51,337 nt of DNA. Origin: a virus (taxonomy: Duplodnaviria; Caudoviricetes). Below the pieces are notes generated by a model that did not search any database, was not told where the DNA came from, and was given only the letters and a program-made list of their open reading frames with translations. Both the position numbers and the translations under genes were made by a program. The DNA lies in the IMG/VR virus record IMGVR_UViG_3300037482_000259, positions 1-51,337 of that record, one strand, 5' to 3'. Positions 44,341 through 51,337 of this stretch are shown here, one piece after another. Positions within the stretch are counted from its first letter, which is position 1; every line of letters starts with the position of its first letter.

Positions 44341-44982
44341 TCAGGGCGAATATGTTTTCAGCATATTGAGCATGGGTAACAAATAATCCAGAGATGAGAC
44401 ACAGGGGATATTGTAGTAGAGGGTTGCATTGGGAGCCAGATATTTAGGAGGCACAAAGCTGCTGCAAATCACGCCGAGAGGCAATATATCAGGCTGCGTC
44501 TTGGGTACAGCCAGCGCAAAATAGTAAAGCCCAGCCGGCACATAGAACACTGCCTGCCCCGTCGACGTGCTGGTCGTCTTCGTGGCCACCATTGCGTTAG
44601 CCTGCCACAGATCGACCTTGTAGCCACCCTTGCACGGCTCGCTCGGCTGCCTGGTGCCAGATTTGTTGTTGTCGGCAAAGGGGCAAACCACCACTGTGCC
44701 CTGGCCGGTAGCAACGGACTCAAAAGTCAGGTTGATTTCCGGCATATCACCCGACACAATGGCCGTCACGCCGAGGGCCGAGCCAAAGGCTAGCAACAGG
44801 ACAATGCCACGCCGCCAGCGCAGAATCCAGCGCACCAAGCCCACAATGCCCAGGTCAAGCATTCGGAATAGGATAATGCTTGCTGCCATGAATGCGAGCA
44901 TCGCCAGCACGTCCAATGCCGTCCATGTATCGGATGGCTTGGACGGCAATAGTATATAATAGGAAGCCAGTCGCTCTAACAA
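44341..44982 (-). CDS. Membrane-anchored SdrD-B-like domain protein, 213 aa
   Basis: N-terminal TM segments; 'FADNNKSGTRQPSEP..GYKVDL.....VATKTT...G...F.VPAGLY'. Confidence 0.7.
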   Translation of the reverse strand: MLERLASYYILLPSKPSDTWTALDVLAMLAFMAASIILFRMLDLGIVGLVRWILRWRRGIVLLLAFGSALGVTAIVSGDMPEINLTFESVATGQGTVVVCPFADNNKSGTRQPSEPCKGGYKVDLWQANAMVATKTTSTSTGQAVFYVPAGLYYFALAVPKTQPDILPLGVICSSFVPPKYLAPNATLYYNIPCVSSLDYLLPMLNMLKTYSP

Positions 44983-45043
44983 GGATAATCCTCCTGTCTC
45001 TGATTCAACTCTCTATCCTATTGTATCATATTTTCCCGGTGCT

Positions 45044-45223
45044 CTACATCAACCCAAACGCCCGCAGAAACCAGGCCAGGACCAGAATACCCACAATCAG
45101 GAAGAGGGGAATGCGCACGGTCTCCGGCAACTCCATCTGGTTGATGACCAGTTTGACGGCGAAAAGCAGCAGCGCCAACAGAAGTATCCACACAATCAGC
45201 GTCAGTACCGAATCTACCCCCAT
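45044..45223 (-). CDS. 59-aa two-TM protein (holin candidate), not in the ORF track
   Basis: MGVDSVLTLIVWILLLALLLFAVKLVINQMELPETVRIPLFLIVGILVLAWFLRAFGLM; abuts the CHAT stop codon. Confidence 0.7.
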   Translation of the reverse strand: MGVDSVLTLIVWILLLALLLFAVKLVINQMELPETVRIPLFLIVGILVLAWFLRAFGLM

Positions 45224-45961
45224 CTATCCCCCCAGCATCGTAAAATAGATATGTACTAGCAAAATCAGCAATACAATGAGTCCCCCCGCCAACAGCAGCC
45301 CCCCCTGTTGCCGCACCAACCGCTTTATGTTGGCTACCTCCGCATCTATCTGCGCCTTCAGTCCCGCCAAATCCTGTGTCCTCTGGATATTCCTATCCCT
45401 TTCCATCTTCTCCAGGGCGTCCAGGATGACCATCTGATCCCGCTCGATGTAGTTGCCATTGGACAGCCACATGAGGCTACCGTCGCCGGGCTTGGCGTGG
45501 TTGAATGCCTGGTGCATGTTATAGCCGTTGCGGGCCAGCTCATTGTAAAAATAGGTGGCTATCTGCCAGGCATCCTTCACCGCGAACTTGTCCACGGTAG
45601 ATGCCATCACGGCCGGCACGCCATGGTCAATCAGATATTGAGCCCCCTGCGGGAAGTGGCAGGTATTGATGTACACGAGTTTTGCCCGCGTATGGGTGGC
45701 GATGCGCGCTATCTGGTCGGGGCTGATGACATCGTTCTCGGAGAGCGCCAGCCCGTCGATATCCATGTGGCTGGCGAAATGGATGATGTCGAATATTTCG
45801 TCGTCCGTGGCGTCCACGACCCGCTGCCAGGTCACATTGCCCCTGAGCAGCTCATGCGGAAAATGGGCGATGATGGCAATGGCTTCCGACGTACTGTCGA
45901 ACGTTTTCCACTGTGGGGCGATTAGGAGGACACGGGGCGGTGATAGCATCTCATAGGGCAT
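45224..45961 (-). CDS. CHAT (caspase-like) domain protein with coiled coil and C-terminal TM anchor, 245 aa
   Basis: 'RVLLIAP', 'FDIIHFASH', 'GLALS', 'KLVYINTC', 'GVPAVMA', 'FYNEL', 'AF..AK'. Confidence 0.8.
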   Translation of the reverse strand: MPYEMLSPPRVLLIAPQWKTFDSTSEAIAIIAHFPHELLRGNVTWQRVVDATDDEIFDIIHFASHMDIDGLALSENDVISPDQIARIATHTRAKLVYINTCHFPQGAQYLIDHGVPAVMASTVDKFAVKDAWQIATYFYNELARNGYNMHQAFNHAKPGDGSLMWLSNGNYIERDQMVILDALEKMERDRNIQRTQDLAGLKAQIDAEVANIKRLVRQQGGLLLAGGLIVLLILLVHIYFTMLGG

Positions 45962-45974
45962 TAGCCATTCCTTG

Positions 45975-46328
45975 TCATCGAAGAAAGAACTGTAATAGGA
46001 ATTGGGCGGCGGTCAACGTACCGACAATGATATAGAGCTGCCGGCTCAGGCCTTTCATCTCGCTATCGTGGGCGTCGCGCAGGGCATTGAACTCGGTGCG
46101 TGTGACGAACGCCTTGGACTGGTCCGTCAGCGTGGCCCTGAATTCGTTCATGCCTTCCAATCGCCAGTTCATTGTATTTTCTGCCTTGTCGATGGCCATC
46201 TGGTTGGACTGCATGCGCAGCTCGATTTCCTTTGTGATGGCCTGCCACCTGGCTTCGTTGTAGGCTGCGCAATTACTCTCGACTTCCTGTAGCCGGCTCT
46301 CTAAGTGCTCCCTTAGCGAGACATCCAT
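45975..46328 (-). CDS. Coiled-coil protein with a C-terminal TM helix (lysis-cassette type), 117 aa
   Basis: 'RLEGMNEFR','FVTRTEF' and a hydrophobic tail. Confidence 0.65.
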   Translation of the reverse strand: MDVSLREHLESRLQEVESNCAAYNEARWQAITKEIELRMQSNQMAIDKAENTMNWRLEGMNEFRATLTDQSKAFVTRTEFNALRDAHDSEMKGLSRQLYIIVGTLTAAQFLLQFFLR

Positions 46329-46334
46329 GACGAT

Positions 46335-46547
46335 TTACATTCCAAGTATGAGTGCAATGAATATAATGGTCATCACTAGCACGACGGCAAAGGCAATGGT
46401 ATCCTTGGTCAGAATATCCCTGCGCTCCCCCTCCTCGGTGCTATAGTGGTAGAAGATGCCTTCTACTCCCTTTTCCCAAGGATACGAGACGATGGACTTG
46501 ATATATGCTTTGTTACTCGTGCTGGTGGTCGTGCTTCTGTTCGCCAT
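46335..46547 (-). CDS. 70-aa protein with a C-terminal TM helix
   Basis: 'TIAFAVVLVMTIIFIALILGM'. Confidence 0.55.
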   Translation of the reverse strand: MANRSTTTSTSNKAYIKSIVSYPWEKGVEGIFYHYSTEEGERRDILTKDTIAFAVVLVMTIIFIALILGM

Positions 46548-46583
46548 TTATCTCATCCTGCGTGATATCGAGAAACGCTAGGA

Positions 46584-47177
46584 TTAGCCTGGCGCATGCT
46601 TCAGGTATTCGGTCAGTGCAAATAACCTTTGTTCAAGGTTCGCCACACGTTGTGCCAGGTCACTGCTTGGCGGCGGCTCCCCATTGTCCCCATTGCCACT
46701 GCCCGCCCGCACGATGCGAAATGTCAGGCGCAGGGGACCTTGATGGTTCGTACCTCCTAGCATACCGACACCGGCGATACCATCACTGGGCAGCGATGGC
46801 GAGAGTATCCAAATGGTGTGCGGCCCACCTTCCGCCAGGTTGCGGATATAGCTTCCCCCGCCCAGGCCGAAGCCGGTAACGCCACCCCCGTCCGTGTTCT
46901 GGAAGAGCGCCCGGTCCTGCCAGAGCGTTTGCACCCCGCCGTTGCGTAGGTCGGGTAAGTTGTCGTCCGGCCAGTGGTTGGCGACGGGCTGCCCCGGGTG
47001 AGCCTGTCCACCCTCGCCCAACACCGTGACGTGAATGACGGCCGGCCCTTCTGTGACCCGCACTTCGGCCAGGGCGAACTTGTCCACGTTGCCGGCGTCC
47101 AGAAAGCGCACGTTGCCGAAAGTGCTGCGCAGCCAGGTCCAGTCCCGCTGTTGGCCGTGCTTGTCGAATACCTGCAT
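46584..47177 (-). CDS. Hypothetical protein at the endolysin position, 197 aa
   Basis: GGGAGG RBS before MQVFDKHG; beta domain, Pro/Gly linker, short coiled coil. Confidence 0.7.
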   Translation of the reverse strand: MQVFDKHGQQRDWTWLRSTFGNVRFLDAGNVDKFALAEVRVTEGPAVIHVTVLGEGGQAHPGQPVANHWPDDNLPDLRNGGVQTLWQDRALFQNTDGGGVTGFGLGGGSYIRNLAEGGPHTIWILSPSLPSDGIAGVGMLGGTNHQGPLRLTFRIVRAGSGNGDNGEPPPSSDLAQRVANLEQRLFALTEYLKHAPG

Positions 47178-47230
47178 AACGCCTCCCTGTGCTACAATGG
47201 CTGTACCCACTTCCACCACCGGGACCGCCC

Positions 47231-48385
47231 ATGAAAGCCATCAACTTTGCCGCCGCCCTGCTCATTGTCGCCGTGCTGGCCTACTTTCCCCTGGCCAAAC
47301 TGCACGACACACCCCGCGATCCGGTCTATGACCAGCGGGCGATGCTTACCTATGACATGCCCGCCCGCGGCTACCCGCCCCTGCAATCCGGCGTGTCGTC
47401 CTATCTGGTCGCCCAGGCGCTCAGGCTGGTGCGCTCCCACCCCGTTACCCTCAACACCATGGCCCAGTTGTTGGCGGCGGCGCTCTATCTGGGCACCGGC
47501 GGCCTGCTGGCCTTTGCCATTACCCGCCGCTGGCAGTACGTAGCGTTGTGGAGCGCCCTGCTCACCACTTCCGGCTTCGTGTTCCTCTGGCTCTCGACCG
47601 AGCTGTTCGCCGGCGCCTGGCTCATGGCCTATTTGGCCCTGGCCGTCCTGGGCTGGCCCTTCCCCCTGCGTGCTCTGCCCCTGGCAATGTTCGCCTACGC
47701 CAAGCCGGACCTGCTGCCCTTTGCCGTGTTGGTCGGGGCCCATGATATCTGGCACGAGCACAAACAGACCCTCCGCAATGGCGTCCTGCTCGCCGGCTTG
47801 CTGGTTGCATTCCTGATTCCCGGCCTGGTACAGTCCGGCACTGCCTACCTGGCCGATACCTCCAACCGCTCGCTCACCAGCTTTGCGCAACATTATGCCG
47901 TGCTGGCCTCCTACCACCAGGTAGGCCGGCCAGTGCCAGAGCCATGGGCCAACCATGCCGCCTACATCGCCGCCGCCTTCGGGCCGGTATCGTCGCTTGG
48001 GCAAGCCGTTATCGCCCATCCCCGCCGCTACCTGGACTTCCTGGCATTGTCCGTCTCCTGGTCTATCGCCAGGCTGGCCGAATCCGGCCTGCTCTACCTG
48101 ATCCTGTTGGCTGCTGCCGGCTGGCGCTATCTGGCTCCCCACTGGCAACGCACCCTCCTGCTCTTTGCCGCTAACCTGCTGCCCATCCTGGCATTGTCTT
48201 TCCTGCATGGCCGCTACCAGCCCCGTTTCTATCCCCTGGCCCTGTTCGTCGTGTTCGCTACATTGGACCACCTGCCGCAGCGACGGCGGGCGTTCGTCCT
48301 GGGCGGGCTCTTGCTGGTGTTGGGCTGGCAGGTATGGCACCTGTATGCCTCCGAGATTTACGCCATGGCCTTTATGGCAGATTGA
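47231..48385 (+). CDS. Polytopic membrane protein, GT-C-like (putative surface-glycan modifier), 384 aa
   Basis: About 9-10 TM helices, 'STELF', 'AKPD', 'GRYQPRFY'; own promoter TGCTACAAT at 47190-47198. Confidence 0.65.
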   Translation: MKAINFAAALLIVAVLAYFPLAKLHDTPRDPVYDQRAMLTYDMPARGYPPLQSGVSSYLVAQALRLVRSHPVTLNTMAQLLAAALYLGTGGLLAFAITRRWQYVALWSALLTTSGFVFLWLSTELFAGAWLMAYLALAVLGWPFPLRALPLAMFAYAKPDLLPFAVLVGAHDIWHEHKQTLRNGVLLAGLLVAFLIPGLVQSGTAYLADTSNRSLTSFAQHYAVLASYHQVGRPVPEPWANHAAYIAAAFGPVSSLGQAVIAHPRRYLDFLALSVSWSIARLAESGLLYLILLAAAGWRYLAPHWQRTLLLFAANLLPILALSFLHGRYQPRFYPLALFVVFATLDHLPQRRRAFVLGGLLLVLGWQVWHLYASEIYAMAFMAD

Positions 48386-50971
48386 TTACTTAAGGTACAG
48401 GACGGGTATCACGGTCGCTGTCTGGCTGGCGTTCTGCACCCAGTCCACCATGATGGGCGTGCCCCGCCGCACGTCCGACTTGAGCGGCACCACGGCCCGC
48501 CGCGCCCATTGCGCCTCCGTGCCCTTCACATTCGTCAGCGTGTAGTAGTCATCATCGCCAGTCGTGCCGATCTTGATATTGGCATTGTTGGTGTTGTCCG
48601 GCGCCACGGAGTAGATAAGTTCTATCTTGTGCAACTGGTAGTGCTCGGTCGGGTAGTAGAGCAGGGCGCTGGCATTGGCGGCGCTGATATCGATCGGGCT
48701 GCCCTGCACAATCGTGTACTGCCCATCCGGTCTGCCCATGTACTGCCCCTGCCGGCGCTCGGCGCTGTGCTTGCTGCCCAGGGCCACGACGGCACAGGCG
48801 TCCAGGTAAAACCAGCCCGACGCCCCGTTTTGCGAGCCGATATACCAATATTCGCCGTCGATACTGTCCCCACGCACGAGGCGCGAGACCTCTACCCATC
48901 CATCCGTATCGGGATTCAGGTCGATAAACGGCGCATCGGCGCTGTTGTCCACCAGATAAACGCGCATGGTAGGGTCGGTGCTGTCCGGAATTTGAATCCT
49001 GGCCCACACCAGGTAATCCTCGCCGTCCACGATAGAGCCGGACGGCTGCGCCTGCGACCGGATCAGCTCGGCATTGGTCGTGCTCTTGTCGAAGGTCAAT
49101 GCTGCCGGCTCGGTGTAGTAGCGTCCTGCCGTGGTGTCGGCTGTGGTCAGGGTGCCGGTACCACTGTACACGGCAAAATCAGTCCGCCGCACCAGATTGC
49201 TGCATAGCACAATCTCGTCGAGCCACACCTTTTTGGCATCGGTGTGACTGGTAATCCGAACCGTCAGGCTGGTGGCCGCGCCGGCGTCGAATGAACCGGA
49301 CAGCCGGTAGAACTGAGGGACATAGGGGTCCGCCCCGGCAATGGCCTGCTTGCGCAACATGACCGTACTGGCGTTGTCCAGTACCTCTATCGTACAGGTG
49401 TTGCCGTTTTCGACCGCGTAGGAGCAGGTGAAGAAATAACGGGTCTGCGACGGCAAATTGCTAAGCGTTTGCTGCACGTAGCCGTTAGCCGCCGTGGGCA
49501 GTACCTCTAAAATGCCGGCGTGCTTGCGCTTGGCGCCGATGATGTAGTCGATGCCCGCGTTGCCCCGAATGTTATCGCCTAGCTTTACCAGCGTGACGTT
49601 GCTGCCCGTCCAGGCCGCCGTGCCCGATAGGGCCATGTCGCCGTCGGCGAGCAGGTTGGGTAGGTCCAGATCATTGAGGTCGGCGTGGGGCTGCTGGCCG
49701 CGCCACTTGTCGCCCACGTTGCCCTCATAGCGCGCCACCGATTCGCATACGAGAGGAGGATAGGTACCCACCGAATAGCTACATCCCTTTTCCACAACAT
49801 AGGCTAAATTGCGATAGAGGGCGGAATAGGTGGTCTCAAATTTGACGTCGGTCAGGTGTAGCTCGCCCAGTTGCCCAGAACTCTCGTCCACATAGATGCC
49901 GTAGGTGGCCTGTTCGAGATCACAAAGGGCCACGGTCAAAGTGCGTCCTCCCGTGTAGCCACCGGTCAGCCATATACTGGCCTTGTCTGCGAAGACAAAT
50001 TTGCAGTTGAAAACACGCGTGTCGCCAAATGTACCCTTGATTGGCGTACCAATATAGATAGTATGTAGATTCTCGAAAATTCCCTCGATCATCCGACCTG
50101 TGGCCAAATACATGATGGCATCCGGGGCAATGGCGTTGATAGCACGCACGGTCAGATCGCGGATGCACACCCAGGCGTGTTCTACGCCCGCATCGGTGAA
50201 AACAGCGCCACTGTAATTGTTAGCGACATAGATACGGCTGGCCTGGCGGCCGGCGCCCGCCACCATGATCTGGTTGGCGATGCCCGTGATCGTGCGATTG
50301 ACCATATAGCCACCGGGCGGCAGATAGATGATGCCAAAGAAGGTGCTGCCGCGCGCCGCATTGACCGCCGCCTGAATGGCCGCCCAGTCGCGCTCGTCCG
50401 TGAGGGCAACGGCGTGGGGATAGTCCACCTGGGCCGCCGGCAATGTGGCGTAGTAGTCGCTAAGAGGGTGGCTAGAGCCATCAGCTACGGCCCCGAAACG
50501 ATAGACGTTGTAAATGCCAGCCATGGCGTGCTCAATCGTCTGGCGCAGGGTGTAGTCCCCGACAGAATCGCCCACGCTCTCGGCGTCCTCGATTACGGCC
50601 GGGATGAGGGCCAGCACCTCGTCGTCGTCGATATTGCCGCCGATGGCCGCCACCCCCAGGTGTGTGCCATCCGTCACCGTCACCGTACGCCGTTCGTATA
50701 CGCCATCGCCGCGCTGGTAGCCGACGGTATCGCCCGTCTTGAAGTTGGCAGTGCTATCCACCACCAGCGATGTGGCCCCGCTGCTCTGGGCACCGCTGGC
50801 ACGTGTAACTGCCGGGTAGCTGCCCAGGTTGATGCGGGTGACGCGCCCGGAGACGATCTGGAACTGGCTTTCTAAAGCCAGGCTGTCGAATACGTCCACG
50901 TAGTCAGACGCCGTGGGCATGTCGGACGCCTGGAACTTGCCTACCAGGGCGGAGCGGGAGAGTACGGCCAT
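48386..50971 (-). CDS. Tailspike/receptor-binding protein (beta-helix plus CBM-like domains), 861 aa
   Basis: 'YNVYRFGAVADG...DWAAIQAAVNAA...IYLPPGGY'; then 'NLLADGDM...W', 'VWLDEIVL' carbohydrate-binding-type modules. Confidence 0.85.
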   Translation of the reverse strand: MAVLSRSALVGKFQASDMPTASDYVDVFDSLALESQFQIVSGRVTRINLGSYPAVTRASGAQSSGATSLVVDSTANFKTGDTVGYQRGDGVYERRTVTVTDGTHLGVAAIGGNIDDDEVLALIPAVIEDAESVGDSVGDYTLRQTIEHAMAGIYNVYRFGAVADGSSHPLSDYYATLPAAQVDYPHAVALTDERDWAAIQAAVNAARGSTFFGIIYLPPGGYMVNRTITGIANQIMVAGAGRQASRIYVANNYSGAVFTDAGVEHAWVCIRDLTVRAINAIAPDAIMYLATGRMIEGIFENLHTIYIGTPIKGTFGDTRVFNCKFVFADKASIWLTGGYTGGRTLTVALCDLEQATYGIYVDESSGQLGELHLTDVKFETTYSALYRNLAYVVEKGCSYSVGTYPPLVCESVARYEGNVGDKWRGQQPHADLNDLDLPNLLADGDMALSGTAAWTGSNVTLVKLGDNIRGNAGIDYIIGAKRKHAGILEVLPTAANGYVQQTLSNLPSQTRYFFTCSYAVENGNTCTIEVLDNASTVMLRKQAIAGADPYVPQFYRLSGSFDAGAATSLTVRITSHTDAKKVWLDEIVLCSNLVRRTDFAVYSGTGTLTTADTTAGRYYTEPAALTFDKSTTNAELIRSQAQPSGSIVDGEDYLVWARIQIPDSTDPTMRVYLVDNSADAPFIDLNPDTDGWVEVSRLVRGDSIDGEYWYIGSQNGASGWFYLDACAVVALGSKHSAERRQGQYMGRPDGQYTIVQGSPIDISAANASALLYYPTEHYQLHKIELIYSVAPDNTNNANIKIGTTGDDDYYTLTNVKGTEAQWARRAVVPLKSDVRRGTPIMVDWVQNASQTATVIPVLYLK

Positions 50972-50979
50972 GTTGCCTC

Positions 50980-51240
50980 CTAGTTGCCTGTGTCCTCGGT
51001 GGGCGCATATTCCGCCGCTGCCAGCCGCCCGATGTTGCGAAATTTCATGGGCTGCCCCGGCGTAATAGTAGCCCCCACACTGTTGCGCAGTGGGTAACGG
51101 GTAGCCCCCACCAACACCTGCGTTTGGCTGATGGGCGTGCCTGTGACTACTTCCTGTTTCTTGGAAAACTGTCCGGTCAACTGACGGCCCATCTGGCGGG
51201 TAAGTGCCCGGATCACCACGTTCTCATACAATTTTGCCAT
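50980..51240 (-). CDS. Small tail-module protein, 86 aa
   Basis: Starts MAKLYENV, 1 nt after the stop of the 1080-aa gene across the circular junction. Confidence 0.7.
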   Translation of the reverse strand: MAKLYENVVIRALTRQMGRQLTGQFSKKQEVVTGTPISQTQVLVGATRYPLRNSVGATITPGQPMKFRNIGRLAAAEYAPTEDTGN

Positions 51241-51337
51241 GTTATCTCGTGCTCGTTCCCGATATCTGCACAGCCTGCAGCACAGTTGTCCAGCGATTGT
51301 CCTGAATCTCGTGATGCGCCCCCGTGATGACATAGGT
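51211..51337. repeat. 127-bp terminal overlap, copy 2
   Basis: Identical to 1-127. Confidence 0.95.

Noticed and set aside
48386-50971. Diversity-generating retroelement target
   Set aside because: No reverse transcriptase is present and I saw no template/variable repeat pair.

Overview
The window is an apparently complete, circularly assembled genome of a tailed (siphovirus-type) phage. Bases 1-127 are identical to 51211-51337, which gives 51,210 bp of unique sequence. Protein-style clues point to a Chloroflexota host (inference). Most genes are on the minus strand. The middle genes (C5 MTase, SNF2 helicase-MTase fusion, several HTH regulators, AEP primase, lambda-O-like initiator containing iterons, DnaB-like helicase, HNH) lead into a late operon. 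That operon runs through a lipoprotein, a wHTH protein, a fibre-like module, ParB-N/C5 MTase, terminase, portal, head, tail and tailspike genes, and ends in a membrane-protein cassette. A plus-strand early region (40.1-44.3 kb) holds small genes and an ERF recombinase separated by structured RNA elements. I recognise no integrase, endolysin, tRNA or CRISPR array. The most unusual signals are: (1) a membrane-anchored CHAT (caspase-like) protease inside a lysis-position cassette that has no recognisable peptidoglycan hydrolase; (2) two complementary hammerhead-ribozyme fragments flanking the first early gene, plus a recurrent H-type pseudoknot placed upstream of RBSs; (3) a signal-peptide-bearing gene in the head module; (4) a repeat-ruler plus small-subunit fibre module upstream of the terminase; (5) a possible SinI-like antirepressor overlapping the repressor gene. 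All family calls come from motif recognition by eye; no database searches were run.
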